DNA of 64,000 bases from positions 1-64,000 of the forward strand of contig JBDRRP010000108.1 of the NCBI GenBank assembly GCA_043825735.1, given 5' to 3'. The translations under genes and the position numbers were made by a program. The stretch's first letter is position 1. Each line of letters opens with the position of its first letter. The stretch is from Pseudomonadota bacterium. GTDB lineage: Bacteria > Desulfobacterota > Desulfobacteria > Desulfobacterales > JBDRRP01. Under the pieces are notes generated by a model. The model was not told the origin of the DNA, ran no database searches, and worked only from the letters and a program-made list of their open reading frames with translations. Shown in pieces: positions 1 to 8,614 of the stretch.

Positions 1-140
1 TTGACGACAGAACCCCGGATGAGGTCTACTACGGTCTGCCTCACCCTTACTCTGAGGCGGCCTGATGCCTCTATATTTTATTCTTCTGGCTCTTAGCTTA
101 ACGAACCCATCCGGCTGTCCAAGCTTTGGGGTCCACCCCA
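1..140 (+). mobile_element. 3' end of an IS3-family insertion sequence: transposase C-terminus (stop at 63-65) and right terminal inverted repeat ending ...GGGGTCCACCCCA
   Basis: Frame from nt 3 reads DDRTPDEVYYGLPHPYSEAA*, typical of IS3 OrfB C-termini (..RTPxEVY..AA*). It is followed by CTGTCCAAGCTTTGGGGTCCACCCCA, an IS3-like IRR ending in CA at 140. Truncated by the window edge. Confidence 0.8.
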
Positions 141-162
141 AGACTCTCATTGAGTCAAGGAT

Positions 163-276
163 GATGGATCCGTAAAAAGTGATTTTGAACCACAGAGAAC
201 GCAGAGAATATGATTAATAATCAGTCAGTTATCTCTGCGACCTCTGTGGTTATTTCGGTCTTTTTACATGGCCATC
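163..276. repeat. Palindromic MITE/REP-like element
   Basis: Outer IR GATGGATCCGTAAAAAG (163-179) / CTTTTTACATGGCCATC (260-276). Inner IR AACCACAGAGAACGCAGAGA (188-207) / TCTCTGCGACCTCTGTGGTT (232-251), 18/20 complementary. AT-rich loop. Confidence 0.8.
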
Positions 277-305
277 TAATTATCAATAGAGTTGTTTTTG
301 CAGTT

Positions 306-336
306 AACCTTGAACCCGGAACCCGGAACCTTGAAC
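306..336. repeat. Heptamer tandem repeat (AACCTTG/AACCCGG)x4
   Basis: AACCTTG AACCCGG AACCCGG AACCTTG AAC, followed by the GCGCCGCAGGCGC mini-hairpin. Confidence 0.7.
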
Positions 337-365
337 GCGCCGCAGGCGCCTGGCGCCCGGCGGCC

Positions 366-875
366 CTATTCGTCCAGATCGATGATAACGGTGCCGTCAA
401 CGTCGCGCTTGACATCTGAGATGCCGGGGCATTGTTTTTCCAGGGTTTCCAGTGTGGTGGCCTGACGGTCAATGATCTTTTTGAGGCGCAGGTTTTCCCG
501 GTGCAGCTCGCGCTGCTGGAGGCCCTGGCGGATGGTCACCGTGAGATCGACGATGTTGCAGGGTTTTGTGAAGAACCGGTAGATTTCACCCTCGTTGATG
601 GCACGGATGGCCGTGTCGAGGCTGGCATGGCCGGTCAGGATGATGCGGATGGTGTCGGGATAGCGGTTGCGAACGATGCCGAAGAACTGGGTCCCGGACA
701 TCCCGGGCATCTTCTCGTCTGAGACCACCACGTCAACCGGCTGGGTCGCAAGGATCTTGAGAGCGGCCTCTGCCGAAGGGGCGCTGAAAATGGCATAACG
801 CTCCCGTGTCAGGGCTTCTTCAAGAAGCTCCCGGATAATGGCCTGGTCGTCGACAATAAGAACGGAGTAGGGCAT
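366..875 (-). CDS. Stand-alone response regulator (receiver domain plus short coiled-coil tail)
   Basis: VLIVDD...VVVSDEKMPGMSG...LTG...FTKP receiver motifs. ATG at 875, 2 nt after the pilB-like stop. Confidence 0.9.
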   Translation of the reverse strand: MPYSVLIVDDQAIIRELLEEALTRERYAIFSAPSAEAALKILATQPVDVVVSDEKMPGMSGTQFFGIVRNRYPDTIRIILTGHASLDTAIRAINEGEIYRFFTKPCNIVDLTVTIRQGLQQRELHRENLRLKKIIDRQATTLETLEKQCPGISDVKRDVDGTVIIDLDE

Positions 876-877
876 AT

Positions 878-3238
878 CTAAGTCACACAAACCCGCCTGA
901 TTTCATGGATATCGGTCAATCCGGCGAACATTTTTATGATGCCGTCCTGCTTGATGGTGGTCATGCCTTCACTGGCTGCCTGCTCAAAAAGCGCGTCCGC
1001 AGGCGCTTCCTTTTTGATCATGCGCTTTAGCTCCTTGGAGCCTTCCATGAGTTCATGAGCACCGAGGCGCCCCCGGTAACCGGTGTTGTTGCAATCCTCG
1101 CACCCCACAACCTTGAAAACCTCCATGTCCTTGGTGTGGGTGATGCCGGTGGCGGCAAATGCCTCTTTCCCATAGTCCTTCTCGTACTCGGCGAACTCCT
1201 CTTCATTGGGATGAAATTTCTTTTTGCATTTTTTACACAACCGGCGCATCAGGCGCTGTGCCAGAACTCCCAGGAAGGCGTCGGAGAAGTTGAGCGGGTT
1301 GAGCCCCATATCAAGCAGTCGAGTCACGGTTTCCGGTGCACTGTTGGTGTGCAGGGTGGAAAAGACCAGATGCCCGGTGAGAGAAGCCTCAACACCGATG
1401 GAGGCGGTTTCTTGATCGCGCATTTCACCGATCATAATGACGTCCGGATCGGCCCGCAGAAAGGCCCGCATGATACGGGCGAAATCGAGTCCGATTTTTG
1501 GTTTTGCCTCAACCTGCCGCAACCCCTGCTGGGTGATTTCCACCGGATCTTCGGCAGTCCAGATCTTGATGCCGGGCTTGTTGATGTGGCCAAGACAGGC
1601 GTGCAGCGTCGTCGTCTTTCCAGAACCGGTGGGCCCCACCACCAGCACCAGACCATAGGGTTGCTGGATGATTTTTTTCATGATGGTGAGGTTCCGGTCG
1701 TTGAGCCCCATGTCGTCAAGTTTCATGGCACCGGATTCAGCCAGGATGCGCAGTACGGCGTCTTCAAAACCGCCGGCGGTGGGCAGGGTGGCCACCCGCA
1801 GTTCGAAGCCCTTGATCCCCTTGCGCTTGAATTTTATCTTGCCATCCTGTGGAAGACGCCGCTCGGCGATGTCCAGGCCGGACATGATCTTAATCCGCGA
1901 CATGATGGCCCGGGCATTGGTGTTAGGTACCTGAAGCACTTCCTGGCAGACACCGTCAATGCGATAGCGGATACCGGTCTTTTTTGATACCGGTGATGGC
2001 TCGATATGAATGTCGGAGCAGTTTTTTCGGTAGGCATTGATGAGAATCTGATCAACCATGCGCACGATTTTCCCCGAAGACTCGTCGACCTGTTCATAGC
2101 CTTCCTCGAGCGCCTCCTCTTCCTCCTCAAAATCGATATCCGGCATCATATCGAATTCATCATCAGCCTCTTCATCTGAAAGGTCTGCTTGGTCTTTCTT
2201 TTCATCGTAAAAGTGCCGGATGATCTTTTCGATGTCCTCTCGAATGCCAACCATATAGTTGATCTTCTTGGCGTTCAGAAGGCCGGGAATCGGATCCGTC
2301 TTGAGAAGATCCGAAGGGTCGTCAATGAGAACGTCGACGCTGTGTAGTTCCCATGCGAGGGGAACCCAGTTGTTTTGAACCAGGAAGGTCTTTTTGAGTT
2401 TCCGTATCAGTTCGTACGGGACTTCAAGGCTTTCACTGTATTCACGGAACGGGCAGCGGTAATAGAGGCTCAGTGATTTGCCAATTTCTTCTTTTTTCGC
2501 GCCAAAGCTTTCGATCAACACGGATTCGACGCTCCGGTTGCTCTTTTTTGACATTCCCAACGCGTTTTGCAACTGGGACGTGTTCACCCGTTTGGTCTTT
2601 AGCAGGTAGTCGTATCGCGAGTCAAATTTTCCGGAAGTAAACGCATCTTGAATGTACTTGTCGATATCTGGAAAATCAGGAGAGAGTTCCTTGACCGATT
2701 CATAAAACTCCAGTGCCAGATCTTTGTGGTCTAGCTTGTCCAGTTCCTGCCCTAGGTGGAACTTGATGGGCGCTACCTTGTCGTCTGTAATGTTGTTTTC
2801 GTGAATTATTTTTTCGATCTGATCGATGGCACGGGAAGGTGAGTGCAGGGCAAAAAGGCTTTCTGCCATCCCCGGCATAATCTCATCCGGAGAGAACTCC
2901 AGGGCGAAGAGTTTGGTGTATTCTCCAACCGCCTCCTTGTGGAGCCCTAATTCTCTGAAAGACGAGGCACTGCTGAGTATCTCACGGGCGTTGTCCGCCG
3001 ATTCCCAACTGCTGGTGAGAATGGAGGCGTCCTCGGAGGAGAGGGTGACTTCGTCGTCCTTTTCATAAACGTCAAGGACCTCTTTCAGCTCGGAGATTTC
3101 CTGGGTGATGGCGTTTTGCAGATTGCTTTCTAATGGGGAAACCAGCGGCTGCAATTCTTCAAGCACCAGAAGCGCTTCTGAATAGAGACCGTGTTTACGA
3201 TAGGCTTGAGCTTCTTTGAATTTAACCTGAATGTCCAT
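878..3238 (-). CDS. pilB: PilB/GspE-family secretion ATPase with N-terminal TPR-like region
   Basis: Walker A GPTGSGKTTT, Asp box EDPVE, Walker B IMIGEMRD, His box HLVFSTLH, tetracysteine CKKC..CEDC, SDIHIEP and DIAERRLPQDG motifs. The first ~200 aa are helical and TPR-like. Confidence 0.88.
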   Translation of the reverse strand: MDIQVKFKEAQAYRKHGLYSEALLVLEELQPLVSPLESNLQNAITQEISELKEVLDVYEKDDEVTLSSEDASILTSSWESADNAREILSSASSFRELGLHKEAVGEYTKLFALEFSPDEIMPGMAESLFALHSPSRAIDQIEKIIHENNITDDKVAPIKFHLGQELDKLDHKDLALEFYESVKELSPDFPDIDKYIQDAFTSGKFDSRYDYLLKTKRVNTSQLQNALGMSKKSNRSVESVLIESFGAKKEEIGKSLSLYYRCPFREYSESLEVPYELIRKLKKTFLVQNNWVPLAWELHSVDVLIDDPSDLLKTDPIPGLLNAKKINYMVGIREDIEKIIRHFYDEKKDQADLSDEEADDEFDMMPDIDFEEEEEALEEGYEQVDESSGKIVRMVDQILINAYRKNCSDIHIEPSPVSKKTGIRYRIDGVCQEVLQVPNTNARAIMSRIKIMSGLDIAERRLPQDGKIKFKRKGIKGFELRVATLPTAGGFEDAVLRILAESGAMKLDDMGLNDRNLTIMKKIIQQPYGLVLVVGPTGSGKTTTLHACLGHINKPGIKIWTAEDPVEITQQGLRQVEAKPKIGLDFARIMRAFLRADPDVIMIGEMRDQETASIGVEASLTGHLVFSTLHTNSAPETVTRLLDMGLNPLNFSDAFLGVLAQRLMRRLCKKCKKKFHPNEEEFAEYEKDYGKEAFAATGITHTKDMEVFKVVGCEDCNNTGYRGRLGAHELMEGSKELKRMIKKEAPADALFEQAASEGMTTIKQDGIIKMFAGLTDIHEIRRVCVT

Positions 3239-3270
3239 GGTGGTACCACGAATACATTAGCGGTATCGTC

Positions 3271-3570
3271 TCACAGCGACAACACGGCGTTTGATTTGAG
3301 CCGTACCATGGCGATGGTGGCGTCCCATCCCATGATGACGACCAGACAGCCCAGTTCGGATTGCCGGACATAGACGCGTTGATGCGCAAATACCAGCTCT
3401 CCTTCCTTGATTTTGGAAAACCGGGGGACAACGGCGGACCAGTTGAAATCGACAAAACTGTCGGGTGGTGGTGAGCGGAAGGCATGATAGAGCATCTTGC
3501 CACTCTGAGAGAAAAACAACACTCCCTGGACATCGTCGATATCAAGGATTTCCTGTAACTCAGCTTTCAT
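3271..3570 (-). CDS. Small Roadblock/LC7-like protein (paralog of 7134..7484)
   Basis: Helix-DDVQGVLFF-G..; beta-strands and C-terminal MVRL helix as in MglB-type folds. Aligns with 7134..7484. Confidence 0.65.
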   Translation of the reverse strand: MKAELQEILDIDDVQGVLFFSQSGKMLYHAFRSPPPDSFVDFNWSAVVPRFSKIKEGELVFAHQRVYVRQSELGCLVVIMGWDATIAMVRLKSNAVLSL

Positions 3571-3615
3571 GATCGCATTCCGTTGATGCTCCTTTGGCGG
3601 GCGTTTATGCCCGAA

Positions 3616-4662
3616 TTATTGGCGCCACTCGTAAAGCAGCTGTCGAATCACGTCTCTAGGGCACTCTTCGGAAAACCGTAAAACGGCCGGCGGGGTGTCT
3701 CCAATGAGAACCACCCGCCGGTTGTTACCGAAGTTCAAATAACAGCTTTTCAAGTCCCCCGCTCCGACGGCGTCGCCCAGATTCTGGATACTGCCGAGAA
3801 ACGACTTCCAGCTGTCATCCATGTCCATCGGCTTGATGCATGGGGTATCGGCGACAATGGCGGCGATGCGGTTTTGCAGTACTGACGGGCGATTGGGCGA
3901 TGTCGCCATCTGCGGCTTTTCCGGTGTCGTCGACACCGTCATCGATGGCACTTCGGGCTCCATAAAGTCATCGGGTGTCGCGCTGGATTCATCCTTCTGG
4001 CGCATCGCGTCGAAGAGTATGGCCTGCAACTCGCCGGGGATCAGTTTCTCGCTGATAACACAGGTGTCTTCAATCGACAGCGACACTTTATCCCACCCGA
4101 GGATCTCGTGGGCCACTTCCAGTCCGTGCAGGTCGCTGATCCGGGCGTCCATCAGCTGCCCTTGTTTGAAAAAGAGCACGCCGGGTTGGTTGTTATCCTT
4201 GTTGATGACACGCAGGGTGCAGGTTTTTTGCTCCATTTCAACCAGTTGGATGTACATCTCCAGCGAAACGGTCTGAAGGATACCGCCTTCTCTTTCCTTG
4301 GCCAGAGCGGCAAGGATCTTTTTGGCCAGATCTTCAACGACGAACGGTTTTACCATAAAACCGGCAGCACCGCGTTCAAGTACCTTTTTTTGAGATTGGG
4401 GGGTTGCGAATGCGGTTAGAACGATCACCGGGATATCCGGATACTTTGCAGACAGGTAGGCGAGTAGCGCGAAACCGTCCATTTCCGGCATTTGAAGATC
4501 GGTGACCACCAGGGAGACGGAATTTTCTTTCAGCACCCTGACGGCGGCGGTGCCGTCTTCAGCCAGTAGTGTGGAGAAATGCTCGGAGTGTGCCTCGAAT
4601 TTTTTTTGAATCAGCCGGCGTAAAATCCGATCATCATCTACGATCAGGACATTGCGTTTCAT
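3616..4662 (-). CDS. Response regulator with DUF4388/PATAN-like domain and degenerate Roadblock-like C-terminus (copy 2)
   Basis: REC motifs (IVDDD, VTDLQMP, KP), then GGILQTVSLEMYIQLVEMEQKTCTLRV..GVLFFKQGQLMDA typical of DUF4388/PATAN. Confidence 0.85.
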   Translation of the reverse strand: MKRNVLIVDDDRILRRLIQKKFEAHSEHFSTLLAEDGTAAVRVLKENSVSLVVTDLQMPEMDGFALLAYLSAKYPDIPVIVLTAFATPQSQKKVLERGAAGFMVKPFVVEDLAKKILAALAKEREGGILQTVSLEMYIQLVEMEQKTCTLRVINKDNNQPGVLFFKQGQLMDARISDLHGLEVAHEILGWDKVSLSIEDTCVISEKLIPGELQAILFDAMRQKDESSATPDDFMEPEVPSMTVSTTPEKPQMATSPNRPSVLQNRIAAIVADTPCIKPMDMDDSWKSFLGSIQNLGDAVGAGDLKSCYLNFGNNRRVVLIGDTPPAVLRFSEECPRDVIRQLLYEWRQ

Positions 4663-4749
4663 CACATCCCCTCGACAACGTCACCCGGAACACCCGGTGA
4701 TGCCGCGTTTTATGTTTGGTCGATGCCACCTGTGGCATTGGCATCGGGT

Positions 4750-4777
4750 ATTATAGTAAGTTTTTCCTTTAATTCAA
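4750..4777 (-). promoter_or_regulatory. Putative sigma70 promoter (TTGAAT-16-TATAAT)
   Basis: Minus strand reads TTGAAT taaaggaaaaacttac TATAAT, ~90 nt upstream of the 4662 start. Confidence 0.6.
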
Positions 4778-4823
4778 ACCTTTTGTTGGCGCCTAAACAC
4801 TGGCGTTGAGATCCGGGCGATCG

Positions 4824-6203
4824 CTACGATGCGCCGTCCGCAGCCGGATCGTGGGTTGGCGTGCATACTGCGCGCACATCGGCGACAGTGCGCAGATCCT
4901 GCCAGGTTACGAAACCGATATCGGCCCTGACCACATAAGCGCTGGTGTAAGTGCGTCGGTCGCAGGACCACAGATTGCGCTGGGCGCGGCCGAACACTGC
5001 CGGGGCACAGAAATGGTGTTCATCCGTGGGCGCATAGGATAGCAAGGTAATCAGTTCGTTGACGGTCGGCAATCGCCATTGCGTTGTGTCACCAAGGCGG
5101 CTCTGATTGAGATGGGCAACATAGCGGTGAGCATCCGACCATGAAATGGGACGCGGTGAGCCGTTCCGTTGCCATAACAAATGATTTGACGGATCGACCA
5201 CTAATTCATCGCCGAGTGTCCGAAACGGCAACTTGTGGTAAGTCCGTGGTTCCCATAAAGGGGTCGTAGAAAACAGCGTCTGGGCTTTTTGGATATCCAG
5301 GACCTTGGTGGGGTGGCATCGGGGTTGGGTGGGCGACTGGCGCGCAGGTGGTTCAGTGGCGGATTCACTCAGCCGGCAGATGCCAGGTTTGGCGCTCTCC
5401 CATTCAGCGGCAAGCTCGGTCAAGGCAGTACGCATCTGCGCTGCCGATGCGAAGCGCTTCTGCGGTGACGGTTGAAGCGCCTTGTTGAAAAACGAAGACC
5501 ATGCGTCGTTCAGAAACGGGTTGATGGTCGTTGCCGCGGTCGTGGTCAACTCGGGGAGCTGACCGGTCAGCATACGAAACAGCATGACACCGGTCGAATA
5601 CAGGTCTGATCGGGCATCGGCGCAGTCCGGGTTAGCTGCTTGCTCGGGGGCGGAATAGTAAGGAGACCCTGCCTTTAGTGTCGGCGGCCCTGGAAACAGT
5701 TCGCCGCGAAGTCGCGACAGACCGAAATCGCCGATTTTGATCTGGTCATCCGCGGTGATCAGGATGTTGAACGGTTTTATATCTCGGTGTACGATGCCCG
5801 CTGCATGCATAGCCGACAATCCGTCCAGTACCTGGGTGGTGAAGTCAATGGCCGTATCCAGAGGGATGAGACGCGTGGGGTCTTCAACGCGCCAGGTTTC
5901 ACCGATCAGTGTCCCCAGGGTGGTGGCATGGTATTCCATTGTGTAAAAGACATAGTCTTCTGTCTCCTCGTAGTCCCAGACGTCCACCACATGTCGGTGC
6001 CTGAGCAGCGACATGGCCGTGGCCTCGGTGATGAACATGTCCTTGGCCTGGGATGGCGTCATCAGTTTATAAAGCAGGGGGTTGGGATGAAGCTGTTTAA
6101 GGGCGACCAAACGATGGATGGTTGGGATTTCGGCCAGGAACACCCTGCTCATGCCGCCGCGTCCGAGAAGCCCGCGAATGATGTATTTGCCAATCGTTTT
6201 CAC
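4824..6203 (-). CDS. Hanks-type Ser/Thr protein kinase with C-terminal DUF1566 (Lcl-like) domain
   Basis: LGRGGMSRV, VALK, HRDIKPFN, DFG, YSAPE, DLYSTG. C-terminal VVD..LLWQ..W..A..WRLPTVNELITL motif. Confidence 0.9.
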   Translation of the reverse strand: MKTIGKYIIRGLLGRGGMSRVFLAEIPTIHRLVALKQLHPNPLLYKLMTPSQAKDMFITEATAMSLLRHRHVVDVWDYEETEDYVFYTMEYHATTLGTLIGETWRVEDPTRLIPLDTAIDFTTQVLDGLSAMHAAGIVHRDIKPFNILITADDQIKIGDFGLSRLRGELFPGPPTLKAGSPYYSAPEQAANPDCADARSDLYSTGVMLFRMLTGQLPELTTTAATTINPFLNDAWSSFFNKALQPSPQKRFASAAQMRTALTELAAEWESAKPGICRLSESATEPPARQSPTQPRCHPTKVLDIQKAQTLFSTTPLWEPRTYHKLPFRTLGDELVVDPSNHLLWQRNGSPRPISWSDAHRYVAHLNQSRLGDTTQWRLPTVNELITLLSYAPTDEHHFCAPAVFGRAQRNLWSCDRRTYTSAYVVRADIGFVTWQDLRTVADVRAVCTPTHDPAADGAS

Positions 6204-6354
6204 AGTTAGTGTCCATCCATAAACGGCATCTTTTGGCCCAGAGCGGCGTTTTCACACTTTTCGAAATCCTCGAAATAGCACGCTATTCCTCCGGTTTCGA
6301 AAATGCTCAAGCCTTGCTCTGAACCAAAATCTACCATTTCTGGACGGACAATAG

Positions 6355-7080
6355 TTAGAGCAGACGGGCAGCATGGGCTTTGGGCAGCCCGGCCGCGATG
6401 ACCTTTCGGGCGGCGGCCTCGCGGTCATAGGGGATATAGCGGACATCCAGCATCCTGGAGTCCGTATCAAAAATGACGTATTTGGCATCCCGGTTGCCGT
6501 CTCGGGGCTGTCCTACACTGCCAATATTGATGATGTAATGCTTTTCACCATCGAGCAACACCCCGCCGCAAGGCAGCTCCTGGCGTCTGACGGTGTTTGT
6601 GCCAACGGTGACCATTTCAAGCATGTGGGTGTGCCCGACGAAACAGATCGTGCATCCGGTGGATGTCAGCCCTTTTCGGATATCGTCATCGCTGGCTTGG
6701 AACAGGTAGATAGTGGGAGAATCCGTCGGGAATCCGTGGACAAACCAGCACCCGTCGCTGTGAAGACTGGTCGGCAGGGTGTGCAAGTACCCGATGGCGT
6801 CGTCACTGAGATGCGCCACCGTGTGCATTATAGATTTTCGGGCGAGGGGATTAAACCATTTGCGCACACCCGAGTCGATGACCGCCAACTCATGATTGCC
6901 GATGATGGAGGGAATGGATGTTGCTTGGAGACGGCGCAGCACCGCTTCCGGCTCTGCGCCGTAACCGATGTTGTCTCCCAGGGAAATGATCTTATCGACT
7001 GATGCGGAAGAGATATCCGATAGAACGGATTCAAAGGCGTCAAGATTCCCGTGGATATCCGAAATAACTGCCAGACGCAT
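6355..7080 (-). CDS. Calcineurin-like metallophosphoesterase
   Basis: ISDIHGN, LGDNIGYG, GNHE, VHG, VGHTH, NIGSVGQPRD motifs. ATG at 7080 with GGAG RBS. Confidence 0.88.
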   Translation of the reverse strand: MRLAVISDIHGNLDAFESVLSDISSASVDKIISLGDNIGYGAEPEAVLRRLQATSIPSIIGNHELAVIDSGVRKWFNPLARKSIMHTVAHLSDDAIGYLHTLPTSLHSDGCWFVHGFPTDSPTIYLFQASDDDIRKGLTSTGCTICFVGHTHMLEMVTVGTNTVRRQELPCGGVLLDGEKHYIINIGSVGQPRDGNRDAKYVIFDTDSRMLDVRYIPYDREAAARKVIAAGLPKAHAARLL

Positions 7081-7133
7081 GAGGAGGTTCTCCGACGAAA
7101 CTAACAAACGCCCCTCAGACAGGCGGCCGTTGA

Positions 7134-7484
7134 CTATCGTTTGAAAAAACGCCCGATTCCCTTGGGCTTTTCGGATTCACTGGAGAGGGTGGAAAGTAGA
7201 ATGTCACAATTCAATCGGACCATGGATACGAGGGCGTATCGGCCCATAACGATGATGACAAATCCTTTTGCGAACTTTCGAATGTATAGTCGGATATTTT
7301 CATACATCAACTCCACTTCGACCACTGTGGAAAGACCTTGTATCAGTTTATGGAAATCCTGTTCAGTAAACGGTTTCGCCGGTGCGGTGGCGAAACTCTG
7401 GAACACGATTTGGCCGTTGGTACCCACAACGATGACACCTTTGACGTCATCCAGAGACAGTATGTCTTTGAACTGTTCTTTCAT
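7134..7484 (-). CDS. Small Roadblock/LC7-like protein with basic/aromatic C-terminal tail
   Basis: ILSLDDVKGVIVV..NG..LYIR..VIIVMG..MVRLNCD. Ends KPKGIGRFFKR. Confidence 0.65.
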   Translation of the reverse strand: MKEQFKDILSLDDVKGVIVVGTNGQIVFQSFATAPAKPFTEQDFHKLIQGLSTVVEVELMYENIRLYIRKFAKGFVIIVMGRYALVSMVRLNCDILLSTLSSESEKPKGIGRFFKR

Positions 7485-7521
7485 CGGATGGCAATTCCCT
7501 TATTCATTTTGAAGTCGCCAG

Positions 7522-8580
7522 CTAATCGCTAAGGACATCGATTACCTTGTCTCTTGGACAGCCATCATTAACGGCCAGCACGATTGGCTCAGGGGCGGGC
7601 ACAACGATATAATCGGTGGGGCCTCCCGACTTGGCGAACACCAGTTTCAACGGACCGGCGCCAAAAATAGGGCCGATGGTTGCAGCCATGCGACAAAATG
7701 GCTGCCACGAAGCATCCGGATAGACGTCTTCGAGACCTTTCCCGTTGGGAGAAACTGACTGATATTTGCCTCTGATGACTTCCATGGGATTGAGGCGAGG
7801 GGATGGCACATCTTCCAGGAGATCGATCTCCTCGATGGTGTCATCCATTTCGACAGGAAGGTTCTCCGGTTCCGCTTCGGCGAAATCAGTCTCGCTGGCT
7901 CCGGCTTCGTCTTTCATGCGCATCGCATCAAAGAGGATGGCCTGGAGTTCACCGTCGATGCGTTTTTCCTTTATCGGGCACTCATCCTGTATGGATAGAG
8001 ATACTTTTTCCCATGCGAGAACCCGGTAGGCGGCGGTCACGCCCTGTTGGTCGCCCACCCGTGCATCCATCAATTCGCCTTTACTGAAAAACAGTACGCC
8101 TAATAGCCCATTTCGTTTATTGGACACCCGTATCGTGCAGGTTTTCTGTTCCATTTCAATAAGTTGGATAAACATTTCCAGGGGCACGGTCTGAAGTGTG
8201 CCGCCCTCTGACTGTTTCCGCAGGGTGGAGATGATTTTCTCAGCAAGGTCTTCCACTACGAAGGGTTTCTCGATGTACCCGGCGGCGCCGCCGTCAATGA
8301 CCGTTTTTTTGGACGATGGGGAGCTGTACGCGGTCATAATGATGACTGGGATATCGGGGTAGGTGACCGACAGATGGGCCAGCAGCGCCAGCCCGTCCAT
8401 CTCCGGCATTTGCAGATCCGTCACCACCAAAGAGATACTGTTTTTTTTCAGAACATGGACGGCTTCATTGCCGTTGCCAGCTGTCAGGGTGACAAACGTG
8501 TCGGCATAGGCGCTGAACTGCTTTTTTATTGCGCGGATCCATATATGGTCATCGTCAACGATGAGGATGTTCTTTACCAC
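7522..8580 (-). CDS. Response regulator with DUF4388/PATAN-like domain and degenerate Roadblock-like C-terminus (copy 1)
   Basis: REC motifs (IVDDD, VTDLQMP, EKP) plus GGTLQTVPLEMFIQLIEMEQKTCTIRV..GVLFFSKGELMDA. Paralog of 3616..4662. Confidence 0.85.
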   Translation of the reverse strand: MVKNILIVDDDHIWIRAIKKQFSAYADTFVTLTAGNGNEAVHVLKKNSISLVVTDLQMPEMDGLALLAHLSVTYPDIPVIIMTAYSSPSSKKTVIDGGAAGYIEKPFVVEDLAEKIISTLRKQSEGGTLQTVPLEMFIQLIEMEQKTCTIRVSNKRNGLLGVLFFSKGELMDARVGDQQGVTAAYRVLAWEKVSLSIQDECPIKEKRIDGELQAILFDAMRMKDEAGASETDFAEAEPENLPVEMDDTIEEIDLLEDVPSPRLNPMEVIRGKYQSVSPNGKGLEDVYPDASWQPFCRMAATIGPIFGAGPLKLVFAKSGGPTDYIVVPAPEPIVLAVNDGCPRDKVIDVLSD

Positions 8581-8614
8581 GCTGCCTCTCTTCCGATTCT
8601 ATGAGCCGGTCTAT

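Noticed and set aside
6258..6304. Imperfect palindrome (TTTTCGAAA..AATAGC-AC-GCTATT..TTTCGAAAA) upstream of the kinase
   Set aside because: Visible in the sequence, but the arms are self-palindromic and low in complexity; no function can be assigned.
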